DNA from: a cyanobacterium endosymbiont of Rhopalodia gibba
GTDB taxonomy: Bacteria > Cyanobacteriota > Cyanobacteriia > Cyanobacteriales > Microcystaceae
Length of the DNA stretch: 64,000 nt
NCBI GenBank assembly: GCA_045159875.1
Contig: CP067995.1
Coordinates: 2,656,001 to 2,720,000 of the forward strand
Direction: 5' to 3'
The notes under the pieces were generated by a model. The model saw only the letters and a list, made by a program, of their open reading frames with translations. It was not told where the DNA came from and ran no database searches. A program made the translations under genes and the position numbers. Below are positions 1-10,454 of the stretch, in pieces. Within the stretch, counting starts at the first letter, position 1; the number at the start of each line of letters is the position of its first letter.

Positions 1-408
1 AACCTGTAAACCAATGGTATAATCGTATTTTATGCCATCGTGAGGATCGACAATAGAAAGATTTATTTGACGACTATCAAAACTACCTGAAAAACAGTTA
101 AATTCTGATCTCGGCATATAGAATGCCCCAATGACTTCCCCTTTTTGAACTTTAAAGACTAAATATTCTTGTCCCATAGTTTCTGGTTCTGGTGATCGCC
201 CATACAGATAAACTCCGTTAGCTAAGGCACTAGTTCGCGTTAAGGAAACTTCCTCAGATGAATTCTCTTGACTATAAGATGAATTTTCTTCAGCTGCCTG
301 TACAAAATGACCACTAATTGTCCCTGAACTAATGAGCATACTCAGAGATACTATAGGTAACAATCGGAGATGTGTGAGTGAAAATAAGAATGTTGGAACA
401 AAAGACAT
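1..408 (-). CDS. Conserved cyanobacterial hypothetical protein with hydrophobic N-terminus (partial, runs off left edge)
   Basis: Own translation from ATG at 408: MSFVPTFLFSLTHLRLLPIVSLSMLISSG...NGVYLYGRSPEPETMGQEYLVFKVQKGEVIGAFYMPRSEFNCFSG..., open to position 1. Absent from ORF track because it has no stop in the window. Confidence 0.75.
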   Translation of the reverse strand, partial: MSFVPTFLFSLTHLRLLPIVSLSMLISSGTISGHFVQAAEENSSYSQENSSEEVSLTRTSALANGVYLYGRSPEPETMGQEYLVFKVQKGEVIGAFYMPRSEFNCFSGSFDSRQINLSIVDPHDGIKYDYTIGLQV

Positions 409-834
409 TTGATTTGCCTGAACATATGAACTAATATCAATTACAAGAAATGTGCTTATTTAAGCTAATATCGAGACTGGGAGGAAGTGCTCATTGGGGA
501 CAATCCTTTGTGCTATTATGTTAGATGATGTTGTTGAACTCGTTGTATCCAAACATGCTTGATTGAACCATTTTTCCTTGGAAAAACAGAACTGATAAAA
601 ACACCACATCTGCTCGGTTCAACTTGTTTTTAAAGCAATTATTTAACTGTCCCACCAAACACTGCTGGGAGCTGACGTTAATTAGCTCAAAAAAGTTTCC
701 CCACTACCATTTTCATTGTGCAGTAGTTTTCTAGAATAGGAGAACTTTTTTCTTAAGTTTTAATAAATGATCAATAAATAGAAAAAATTTTGATTAACTG
801 TAACAATTAATTTTTATCAAATAATTTTTTTTAC

Positions 835-873
835 GAAAAAAAACGATCGTTGAGAAGACGACCGTTTTTTTTC
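835..873 (-). terminator. Intrinsic terminator downstream of sigB (A/U tracts both sides)
   Basis: On the minus strand, stem ACGGTCGT/ACGATCGT (one G-U) followed by T8, about 45 nt after the sigB stop. Confidence 0.7.
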
Positions 874-918
874 CATCTAAGCTGATGTTTGTAGAATATC
901 CGATGACTAGAAATTGAT

Positions 919-1905
919 TTAACTAGCTGCCAAATATTCCTTGACATTTGCTTTACTTCTACGTAAGTGGGCTAAGGCTTGATGTTCTAATTGACGAACT
1001 CTTTCACGACTAATATTGAGCTTTTCACCAATTTTGGCTAAAGATAGTTCTTTTCCATCCTCCAGTCCGAAGCGCAAGGTAAGGATCATCTGTTGCTGTG
1101 GAGTTAACCCCTTCATTAAGTTTCTCAAGTCTTGGCGTAGTAACTCTTGGGTAATGTAGTTGTCAGGAGAAACACCTCGATCTTCTAGAAGTTCTAAAAG
1201 TTCTGTGTCTTGATTATCCCCGACCCTGACATCTAGGGAAATAGGTTGATGCGCTACGCTCAAATACTCCCGAATTTGGGAAGCTTCGAGATTTAAAATT
1301 TCACCAATTTCGGTAGGGGTAGCACTGTGACCTAGTTTTTGAGACAGTTCTCGTTGGATTTTCTTGATTTTGTTGAGTTTTTCAGTGATGTGAATAGGCA
1401 GGCGAATAGTGTGAGCCTGTTGGGCAATTGCTCGAGTAATTGCTTGACGAATCCACCAATAAGCGTAGGTAGAGAACTTATAGCCTTTAGTTGGATCAAA
1501 TTTCTCAACTCCTCGCTCTAACCCTAAACTTCCTTCTTGGATAAGATCAAGAAATTCCATATTGCGCTTCTGATACTTCTTGGCAATAGCAACCACTAGG
1601 CGCAAGTTGGCTTCAACCATTTTACGCTTTACCCGATTTCCTTGGTCAATGGTTTTTTTAAGGTTGGCTTGGCTAAGTTTAACAGCTTTTGCCCATTCTT
1701 TAAGACTTGGTTCATGTCCTAAGTCTTGAGTAAGTCGCTCTTTTATTTCCAAAAGAGACATCATTCTTTGTACTTGTTTCCCATATATAATTTCTTGCTC
1801 ATGGGTTAGCAGAGGCACCCGTCCAATTTCATGCAGATAAGTCCGCACCATATCTGCTGAGTACATAGGCTGCTTCGTTTTTAAGTTGACATTGGCAGTG
1901 GGCAT
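919..1905 (-). CDS. sigB: Group 2 RNA polymerase sigma factor, SigB type
   Basis: [23 protein letters not shown], region 2 [12 protein letters not shown]...[13 protein letters not shown], region 4 [10 protein letters not shown]-terminus MPTAN... is typical of cyanobacterial SigB. Confidence 0.85.
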   Translation of the reverse strand: MPTANVNLKTKQPMYSADMVRTYLHEIGRVPLLTHEQEIIYGKQVQRMMSLLEIKERLTQDLGHEPSLKEWAKAVKLSQANLKKTIDQGNRVKRKMVEANLRLVVAIAKKYQKRNMEFLDLIQEGSLGLERGVEKFDPTKGYKFSTYAYWWIRQAITRAIAQQAHTIRLPIHITEKLNKIKKIQRELSQKLGHSATPTEIGEILNLEASQIREYLSVAHQPISLDVRVGDNQDTELLELLEDRGVSPDNYITQELLRQDLRNLMKGLTPQQQMILTLRFGLEDGKELSLAKIGEKLNISRERVRQLEHQALAHLRRSKANVKEYLAAS

Positions 1906-2792
1906 TGGTACGTTATGGCTCCTTTAAATCTGCTTCAAAGTCTTTCACTATACTTTAGTGTTTTCCCAGAATTTGAGTAAATACACACGAATGCACTAGA
2001 AGAAACAACAAACGCGTAGTCGATATGACTTTTACTTTATTCCATACTAGCTTATCTGTTTAGGTGATGGCAATTATCAAAAAGTTTATCCCTAATTCAG
2101 GGAAATAGAGTGATTCAAACTACTTTGAGCAAAGATTGTAGCTATCACTTACAAAGTAAATTTTAAGTATCTATTATTTACTATAATAACGTAAAAATAA
2201 ATATGACGAAAGATTAAAGTTGATGGTGATTTCCGAACCTAACAAGAACTATATCCTTCCTTGCAAAGACTATCCTATAAAATTATTAATTGAGATAATT
2301 CACAACCAGTAACCCTTAGCTATTATTTCATATAGCTTATAAAAAGCATATTATTATTAATATAATTAATGATTATTGCTCAAATTTTTTTTAAAAAGCT
2401 TGATTGACAAGGACTTTAAGTAATTACTCGTTATCAACAGAAAATCAAGCAAAAATTAGTAAAACAAATTGATAGGATTTTACTTCGTAAACGTTCTTAG
2501 ATTTAAACGATTAACGACTAACTAAAAAACATCTCTCAGGTTAAATTTTAGAAAAATTTAAGCATTTAAAAATGTTCTATTCAATTTTTCGCTCGGCTGA
2601 TTACTTATTACCTATTTACCTCAAAAATCTTTTTTCAATTGAGGTTTAAAAAAGAAGTTAGCCCCACCTCTTGATATGTTTAAATAAAAATTGTAGCCTT
2701 AATTGTTGGTGGTTACCATCTCAGAGTTGGATAATCGTCAACTTTGTTCTGTTTTAACTTGAGATACTGAAAATAACAAAAGTGTTTTCAAA

Positions 2793-2809
2793 TCTCGTCG
2801 AACTCATGT
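2793..2809. repeat. Dispersed repeat TCTCGTCGAACTCA(T/C)GT, copy 1; probable IS terminal remnant
   Basis: 14-nt exact and 16/17 match to 17978-17994. Confidence 0.5.
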
Positions 2810-2849
2810 ACTCAATCAAATGATATGATTTAAAAAGGGTTTACCCCGT

Positions 2850-3184
2850 GGGGCTGTGGCTCAGTAGGATAGAGCAAGCGCCTCCTGAAGTGTCGGGCAT
2901 CATGGACGGAAACGCCATAGATGAATGTGGTCAAATTCAAGGAAGCCTAAGTCTTCTTAAAGATAAGGTAATCTTGAGCCAAGCTCTACGTCCCTGGTAG
3001 AGAAGGTGCAGAGACTGGTTGTAGGTTGCCAAAGGGAAACAAAAACAGTAGGGGTAGTAATGTCTACAACACAACGGCCACCACCTAAGGACAGCAAATC
3101 TATGGTGAAGGAATAGTCCAGAGAGTGAGGAAACTCACACTAATCTGAAGCGCTAGGTCGCCGGTTCGAATCCGGCCAGTCCCG
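2850..3184 (+). tRNA. trnR-CCU: tRNA-Arg(CCU), interrupted by a group I intron (exons 2850-2886 and 3148-3184)
   Basis: Acceptor GGGGCTG/CAGTCCC+G, D arm GCTCAGTAGGATAGAGC, anticodon arm AGCGC-CTCCT|AA-GCGCT, T arm GCCGG-TTCGAAT-CCGGC. CCA is not encoded. Confidence 0.95.
2887..3147 (+). ncRNA. Self-splicing group I intron (261 nt) inserted immediately 3' of the CCU anticodon
   Basis: P1 CCUGA-AGUG-UCGGG with a U-G wobble at the 5' splice site; terminal omega-G at 3147; conserved AAATTCAAGGAA, GCAGAGACT and GAAGGAATAGTCC elements; P9 GTGAG-GAAA-CTCAC. No ORF. Confidence 0.92.
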
Positions 3185-3510
3185 TTAATCTATCAGCAAG
3201 TCTCTATTAAACGGTAACTAGAGGGAGCATAATATAATATTATTCTAAGCGTTATCCATAATTGAGCACTCAATCTATAAACTTTTTGGTTTAAGTTCAG
3301 ATATGAGTTACAAACATCGATAGTTTATAGCTCATGATTAACTTTACTGTGAGTTGTTGTAAAGGTCTAATGACTTTAAATAGCGTTTCTCACTAAGGGG
3401 AAGATTGAGGTAGACCCTAATTTATTTTCTGTTGCCTAAAATTTAAAAAATTTTGTATTTCATTAGTATGCTTTACGGCTATCCCAATTAGTTCGATAGT
3501 TCTATATATT

Positions 3511-4107
3511 GTGTTCATGTTGTTAAAAACCAATCCTAAAAAACACCGTATAAAAGTCCTTTCATCTCGTTGGAAGTATAGGTTGTGGCCTCTAATTTCC
3601 CTGGTAGGTATTAGTCTGTGGGCGGGTTGTAAAGAATTACAGAGTTATATGGTAGAACCTGAAGCGATTTTCGTTTTGGGAGGACATGAAGAACGCGAAC
3701 ACTTTGCCGCTCAATTGGCTACTCGACACCGCGATCTCCCCATTTGGGTGTCTTCTGGGAGTCCTCAAAGCTATGCTAAAAAGATTTTTAGGGAAGCCGG
3801 TATTTCGAGTGCTCGCCTTTATCTAGACTACCAGGCACGGGATACTGTAACTAACTTTACAACCCTAGTAGATACCTTGAAAAAACAAGGTATTGATAGT
3901 GTTTATCTAGTTACCTCCGCTAATCACATGAACCGTGCTCGCGTTATTGGGGAGATTATTTTTGGCACTCGGGGGATTATACTTAAACCTATAGCCGTTG
4001 AGTGTGATCGTCCTCCTGAACCATTCAAAAAAATCCTCAGAGATGTAGCTAGATCACTGCTGTGGTTGGGGACAGGAAAGACAGGAGAAACTTTGCTTGT
4101 TCCTTAA
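3511..4107 (+). CDS. YdcF/DUF218 (ElyC/SanA-like) family protein
   Basis: N-terminal TM segment, IFVLGG, ARDTVTNF and VTSANHMNRA motifs. Confidence 0.8.
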   Translation: MFMLLKTNPKKHRIKVLSSRWKYRLWPLISLVGISLWAGCKELQSYMVEPEAIFVLGGHEEREHFAAQLATRHRDLPIWVSSGSPQSYAKKIFREAGISSARLYLDYQARDTVTNFTTLVDTLKKQGIDSVYLVTSANHMNRARVIGEIIFGTRGIILKPIAVECDRPPEPFKKILRDVARSLLWLGTGKTGETLLVP

Positions 4108-4149
4108 AATCAAATTTTTAGTGGTATTGCAAAGTCTACGGCCAAATGT

Positions 4150-4538
4150 CTTGGGGTTTAAGCTCTGTCCTTTTTGGGAGACTCTGTGTGCTATAATAAT
4201 GGCATTGCGTTGGTGTGCATAAAGTATTTATAGAGTGTTTTTTTAGAAAACTGATTCTAGGACTTTGTACTCGACAATAGCTAGTAAACTCTCCCTGAGA
4301 CGTCTTCTTCGACGGAAAAGCTCTACCCGGTTAAATAGAAATTGTAGGTTTAATTGTGAGGTGATTCGAGCTATTAGATATTCCAAGAACGATGCGTCCT
4401 GTTATCGGGGGTCAATGTTACTTCGGATCTAGAGTGCTTGTGGATTTGGTTTGACGGAGGTGTAACTTGGAAAAACTATGTCTAGCTAAGGAAAAAATAA
4501 GCAAAAATCCCTGCGGTTCTAAGTCCAGGGAGTGTCAG
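4150..4538 (+). mobile_element. Non-autonomous (ORF-less) IS200/IS605-family-like element with putative structured RNA
   Basis: Degenerate left hairpin GGGGTTTAAGCTCTGTCC-TTTTT-GGGAGAC. Right end AATCCCTG...CAGGGAGTGTCA resembles IS605/TnpB right ends. GC-richer than typical spacers, several internal complementary segments, no ORF. Confidence 0.6.
4189..4197 (+). promoter_or_regulatory. Extended -10 promoter element TGCTATAAT inside the IS605-like element
   Basis: Perfect TGnTATAAT consensus. Confidence 0.5.
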
Positions 4539-4594
4539 AACAGAAAGCTGTGCATTGAATTAAAAGCAGCAAACACAGGCTTAGGAGAGATGTC

Positions 4595-6046
4595 GTGACA
4601 CCCAGAGTTCGTATTGCACCAAGTCCCACTGGAAATCTACACATTGGAACTGCGAGAACAGCTATTTTTAATTGGTTATTTGCTCGTTATCACTGTGGGC
4701 AATTTATTTTACGCATTGAAGATACGGATCTTGAGCGATCACGACTAGAATATACGGAAAATATCAAATCAGGACTCACTTGGCTAGGGTTAAATTGGGA
4801 TGAGGGTCCCTTTTTGCAAACCCAACGCCTTGATCTCTATCGTCAAGGAATTCAAACCTTACTTGATAAGGGGTTTGCTTATCGTTGCTACTGTACTCCC
4901 GAGGAATTAAAACAAATGCGGGAGGAACAAAAAGTAAAAAATCAAGCTCCTCGCTATGATAACCGCCATCGTCATCTCACTGAAGCAGAATGTCAAAAGT
5001 TTGAATCCGAAGGAAGAAAACCCGTTATCCGTTTTATTATCGATGATAACCGTGAAATTGTCTGGAATGACTTAATCCGAAATCAAGTAACCTGGAGAGG
5101 AACTGATCTCGGTGGGGATATGGCAATTGCTCGTGTACCTCAACTTGAAGGAGAAGCCTTCGGACAACCTCTGTATAATTTAGCAGTGGTAGTTGATGAC
5201 TTAGACATGAAAATTACCCATGTCATTCGGGGAGAGGATCACATCGCTAATACAGCAAAACAGATTTTACTTTATGAAGCGTTAGGGGAAACAGTTCCAG
5301 ACTTTGCTCATACCCCCCTTATTTTAAATCAGGATGGACGAAAACTGTCTAAACGCGACGGAGCATCATCCATTGATGACTTCCGTAAAATGGGCTTTTT
5401 ACCCGATGCTCTCGCCAATTATATAATGCTCTTGGGTTGGACTGCCCCTGACCCCACTAAGGAAATTTTTACTCTAAGTGAAGCCGCGAAAGAATTTAGT
5501 TTAGAAAGGGTAAATAAAGCGGGGGCAAAATTTGATTGGGATAAACTAGATTGGATTAATAGTCAATATCTCCATCAAGTTCCAGCTTCGAAATTAGTTG
5601 AGCTAGCTTTTCCCTATTGGCAAGAAGCGGGTTATGAAGTTAATTTGGACAGTGATCGTCTTTGGTTAGAACAGTTAGCAGCTCTAATTAGACCGAGTTT
5701 AACTAGGTTAACTGATGTCGTAAAAGAGGGCCGTTCATTGTTTGGAAACACACTTAGTTATAGTAATGAAGCTCTAGAACAATTGCGAAAAGAGGGAGTT
5801 GAAGGAATCATACAAGCTGTGGTTGATGATTTAGCTAATTATCCTCAGTTAACCGAAGACAATGTCAGGGAGATTATCAAGCAAGTTACCAACGATTTTA
5901 AGATTAAAAAGGGTTTAGTTATGCGCTCTCTCAGAGCCGGTTTAATGGGTGAATTACACGGGCCTGATTTGATTCAATCTTGGCTTTTATTAAACCAAAA
6001 AGGATTGGATGTAATCCGTTTACAAGACAGCTTAAGTCAAATTTAG
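4595..6046 (+). CDS. gltX: Glutamate--tRNA ligase
   Basis: [16 protein letters not shown] (HIGH motif), KLSKR (KMSKS motif), RIEDTD. Confidence 0.97.
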   Translation: MTPRVRIAPSPTGNLHIGTARTAIFNWLFARYHCGQFILRIEDTDLERSRLEYTENIKSGLTWLGLNWDEGPFLQTQRLDLYRQGIQTLLDKGFAYRCYCTPEELKQMREEQKVKNQAPRYDNRHRHLTEAECQKFESEGRKPVIRFIIDDNREIVWNDLIRNQVTWRGTDLGGDMAIARVPQLEGEAFGQPLYNLAVVVDDLDMKITHVIRGEDHIANTAKQILLYEALGETVPDFAHTPLILNQDGRKLSKRDGASSIDDFRKMGFLPDALANYIMLLGWTAPDPTKEIFTLSEAAKEFSLERVNKAGAKFDWDKLDWINSQYLHQVPASKLVELAFPYWQEAGYEVNLDSDRLWLEQLAALIRPSLTRLTDVVKEGRSLFGNTLSYSNEALEQLRKEGVEGIIQAVVDDLANYPQLTEDNVREIIKQVTNDFKIKKGLVMRSLRAGLMGELHGPDLIQSWLLLNQKGLDVIRLQDSLSQI

Positions 6047-7719
6047 AACAGACAAATACTTAGTTTTGGTAGAGGGATAATTAATCATATTTCTTTTAGT
6101 TTTAGAAGTTAACGTTCGAGTTTTTATTGATCCGATTAAATATTTTTAAATCCTGACTTTAGAAAAACTGATGTTGGAATATCTTTATAAGACAGGTGAA
6201 TCTTTTTTGTGGAGTTTACGGCTTCCGAGTTACTTTGGATATTATTGACTTTAAATCAACAGGATTAGAGAAAAAATAAACCGATTTATGTATTTTATTC
6301 GGAAATTGATTTTGATGAGAGAAAAACTGTTAGTTAAATTTTTTGGGAAACCCTCTAATAATTTTACAAAATTAGCAGAGAAAGAAATTTTTAATCGTGC
6401 TTTTTATCTGCTAATTTTTTATGTAAACTATTTAGTATTTAGGGAAAACTCTAAGGTTATAAATATAGATAGATAACAATATCTTTAAAAACTATTTGTA
6501 TTTTTTTTAAAACATAGAAAATATTAAACGTTATATTTACTATGAATTCAAAAATAAATTAGTAATTATTATTCTGATCATAAAAATAATCACATTATCA
6601 GCTAGAGCGCCAGAAGAATTTAAAAATTACTGTATTTATTTGAAAAAAAGTAAGAATTTAAAGGATATACTGACACTGCCATATAAAAATTGAAAATATA
6701 GAAACAAGATTTTACTATTAATAATAAACAGAATAAAAACTATAATTATAACTATCAATTATATAATACTTAACATTTTCACTTCATTTATATCTATAGC
6801 ATCAAATATTTACATTGGTTTAATGGATGGTATTCTAAATTTAGAATAATTTACTATAATCCATTATCAGACTTAAAATTAAATAAGAACAGATTAATTT
6901 ATTTCAAAAATTTACTTAACAATAACTCGCATTAATTATGGCTTAACTACCAAAAAATTTGATCCAAAGAATGAATTAACTATTTAAAATTAATTCCAGA
7001 CAGAGAGAGCTATCTATCTCAAAATAGATGTAATTTTTTTAACCCATGTACAAATGAATTTAAAGAATTGTTAGGATAACATTAAAAAATGATAAAAATT
7101 ACTAAATAAATTTTAAATATTGACATTAAGAATGTAGTGAACAAATCAAAAATAGAAAAAATACTTAAAGCTCTTGCTCCATTATCATAGATAAAAAACT
7201 TAGATATCAAGATAGTTTACCTTTTGTAAAATCGCTATTTTTTTGAAAAAAATCATATAGTATTAGTAAATTTATATAAAGCAGTGATCCTAGAAAGGAT
7301 AAAAATAAAAATATCTAAAAAGATAGTAGGATGGCTATATGTTTTGAAAAATTTTTTTTTACTAAAACTAAAAAACTTAGTCTAGCTTTTAGAAAACTCT
7401 CTAAAAATTTTGTTCAAAAAAACACTAAAAATAGTAGTTACAGATCGATTTTGCGTTATTGAACAAGTTAATGATAAGTTAAATGCTCAAAAATAAATTC
7501 TTAAAAGAAAAACTTAAGATCTTAAAATCTTAGTCTGAAATAAAAATTTCATCATGGTTAAATAAGAGTAAATATATTTCTGTTCAAAATAAATAAGATT
7601 AAAGCAAAGAACAAAAAGCTCAATTAAATTAGGTGTATAAAGCATCGTATTGACAAGTATTATGACATTAATACTCATAGTCCATTTTAAAATTTTATTA
7701 ATAAACTGATAGCAGAAAA

Positions 7720-7757
7720 TACTTATTTTAAATTTGTTAACAAATTTAAAATAAGTA
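7720..7757. repeat. Perfect 38-bp palindrome (19-bp arms, no spacer)
   Basis: TACTTATTTTAAATTTGTT|AACAAATTTAAAATAAGTA. Confidence 0.9.
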
Positions 7758-8189
7758 AATTAGCATTATCAATGCGGCTGATAGAGGACTAGATATATAA
7801 TCTAATTTTGGACTCAACTATTCAGGTCAAAAATGCAACATTAAACACTAAAAAAATCAAGAACATTATCAATTAAGTAGAAATGATTGTATCGTTATAG
7901 TTTGTCGTGATGCCTATGGTTAAATTAGGTTAATTTAACCATATTTAAACAGATTAAATAGGAACAACGAGTCCGCTGAATTATTAAATAATTCTCTTAT
8001 AGAACAATGTGCTCTCTTTGTTAAAAAACAATTCTATATTTTTTTAGGATCTAAACTTAGAGAACCATTGGAACAATATTTCAATAAATCTATTTTTTAA
8101 ACAATTAGAATTACATAGTTTTGTATCAAAATCTCATTTGATATAAAAAAGTACCTCAGATATGACAATGATAATAATCAATTTAGTAT

Positions 8190-9284
8190 TTAAAGAAATC
8201 TTTTTAAAACCTCTAAAGTGGAATGTCCAGTTTTTTGCCAACTGAATTGACTAGATTGTTGTAAACTCAAAGTTTTTAATTGTGATCGCAACCCATGATC
8301 ATTGATAATTTGTTCCATTGCATCCGTTATTTCTGATACCTGATAAGGATTAATTAATAATCCCGCATCCCCTGCAAGTTCAGGGAGGGAAGATAGGTTA
8401 GAAGTAATAACAGGTGTTCCACATCCCATTGCCTCTAAAACTGGAAACCCAAATCCTTCCCATAAAGAAGGAAATACCAATGCTAATGCTTGATTTAATA
8501 GAATAGGCAATTGATCGTAGGGAACGTAATCAAGAAATTTAATCTGATTTATTATTCCCAATTCAGTTGCTTGTTGTTGTAATTTTGGGGTATAACGTTT
8601 ATCTGTTTGTCCCACTAACCAAAGTTCATAATTTTGATAATTCCTGATTTCTGCAAATGCTTTAAGTAAACGGGATAAATTTTTATGGAGATCATAACGA
8701 CCTAAATAAAGGAAATAGGGTAGACTAGTTTTGGCTCTTATTTTTTTTGTTAATTTTAACGGACGAAAATGATTTGAGTTATAAGCAAGGAGAATAGGAG
8801 TTATTTTCTTAGCAGAAATCCCAAAAAAATCAATAATATCTGTCGCTGTTGCTTGAGAATTACAGAGAATATGTTTAGCTTGTTTTAAAACTTGTGGAAT
8901 ATATTTCTTGAAATAAGGTATTAGGGGGGAGTTTTTTTTAGGAAAACGTAATGGAATTAAATCATGCACCATGACGACAGATTGACAATCAGTGTACAAT
9001 GGAGCTTCAGGAACTGGTGAAAATAATAATGAACCTTCTAATTTTTTATAGATTTTTGGTAACTTAAACTGTGTCCATAATAATCGACGAAAATGACCTA
9101 CAGTTCCTTGTTCTGGAGTTAAATTTTTAGGGATTAAATAACAATTAAAGTTATGATTGTCTCTCGCTATTAATAATGTAGGATTAAGTTTTTTTAAGTA
9201 AGGAAAAATACTATCAGCATAAATAGTAATACCTGTCGGTTTAGACATCAAAAAAGAAAGATTAATCAACATTTTTTTTTCCAT
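8190..9284 (-). CDS. Glycosyltransferase family 4 (GT-B, mannosyltransferase-like)
   Basis: VHDLIP, HKNL and PSLWEGFGFPVLEAMGCGTPVITSN motifs. Confidence 0.9.
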   Translation of the reverse strand: MEKKMLINLSFLMSKPTGITIYADSIFPYLKKLNPTLLIARDNHNFNCYLIPKNLTPEQGTVGHFRRLLWTQFKLPKIYKKLEGSLLFSPVPEAPLYTDCQSVVMVHDLIPLRFPKKNSPLIPYFKKYIPQVLKQAKHILCNSQATATDIIDFFGISAKKITPILLAYNSNHFRPLKLTKKIRAKTSLPYFLYLGRYDLHKNLSRLLKAFAEIRNYQNYELWLVGQTDKRYTPKLQQQATELGIINQIKFLDYVPYDQLPILLNQALALVFPSLWEGFGFPVLEAMGCGTPVITSNLSSLPELAGDAGLLINPYQVSEITDAMEQIINDHGLRSQLKTLSLQQSSQFSWQKTGHSTLEVLKRFL

Positions 9285-9296
9285 CTAAATCAACCA

Positions 9297-10454
9297 TTAA
9301 TTAATAAATTGGTAAGCTTTAAAAGTTTGTTGTGCCGTTTTCTCCCAAGAAAATAATTTTGCTCTTTCTTTTCCTTTCTTAGTTAATTCTTTTCTTAACT
9401 GAGAATCACTAATCACCTTGAGAATAGTCTCCGCTAATTCTAAGAAATCATTAGGATTAATCAACAATGCTGCATCTCCCGCGATTTCAGGAAGGGATGA
9501 AGTATTAGAGGTGATTACGGGGGAACCTAATGTCATTGCTTCTAGAACAGGTAAACCAAATCCTTCATAAAAAGAAGGATAAATAAAAGCATCAGTTTGA
9601 GTATAGAATAAAGCTAACAATTCATCAGGTAAATAGTTTAAATAATAGATACTTTGTCGGTATTTTGAATTTTTTATTGCGGCAAAACTAGATTGATACT
9701 TCCATCCCTTTTGTCCAATTAAAATGAGATTATGAGGAATTTTATGTTGTTCCTTTAAATAGTTAAACGCTTTAATTAAAGCAATTATATTTTTTCGGGG
9801 TTCAAGAGTACTAACAAACAGAAGATAAGGAATAGAAAAATCATAATCTATAGAATTTTTGAGGAGCTCAATCTTATCAAGTCTAATTTCATTAGAAGAG
9901 TAACGACTTGCTTCGTAAGTTATCTTAATTCTTTCCGAATTAATATTGAAATATTCAATAATATCCTGTTTAGTACTTTCAGAAAAAGTAATAATCAAAT
10001 CTGTCCATGTTAAACAGCGTTTAATTCTTTTCCAATATCCTTGAACAAGGGTAGTAGAATATTGAGGATATTTAAGAAAAGTTAGATCATGGATAGTCAT
10101 TATCTTACGACTTTTGCGATAAGGATAAACATAATGATCGGTTCCATGAAGAATATTAGGTTTATTTAGATATCCCTCAAAATGTGACAAGATAGGATTA
10201 GGATACTTTGCTAGCATATCAGCAATAGTAACAGGGATAGGTAAGATAGAAACTTGAGGATAGTAAGTTAAAAAATAAGGTGTGGAAAAATTCCTCAAAA
10301 ACCAATTTTTGACGGAAGGATGAAAGTAAATTTCTAGCTCAAAGTGTTCGATTTCTTGTAATTTAGCCAATGATGCTATTATATTTAGGACATAGACCCC
10401 AATCCCACTAAGTTTTCCCCTAAGCGGTGTTCCATCAAGACAAACTTTAAACAT
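9297..10454 (-). CDS. Glycosyltransferase family 4
   Basis: TIHDL, STLEPRKN and PSFYEGFGLPVLEAM motifs. Start overlaps the upstream stop. Confidence 0.9.
   Translation of the reverse strand: MFKVCLDGTPLRGKLSGIGVYVLNIIASLAKLQEIEHFELEIYFHPSVKNWFLRNFSTPYFLTYYPQVSILPIPVTIADMLAKYPNPILSHFEGYLNKPNILHGTDHYVYPYRKSRKIMTIHDLTFLKYPQYSTTLVQGYWKRIKRCLTWTDLIITFSESTKQDIIEYFNINSERIKITYEASRYSSNEIRLDKIELLKNSIDYDFSIPYLLFVSTLEPRKNIIALIKAFNYLKEQHKIPHNLILIGQKGWKYQSSFAAIKNSKYRQSIYYLNYLPDELLALFYTQTDAFIYPSFYEGFGLPVLEAMTLGSPVITSNTSSLPEIAGDAALLINPNDFLELAETILKVISDSQLRKELTKKGKERAKLFSWEKTAQQTFKAYQFIN

Noticed and set aside
2138..2152. NtcA-like site GTAGCTATCACTTAC upstream of sigB
   Set aside because: Spacing is GTA-N9-TAC, not the GTA-N8-TAC consensus.
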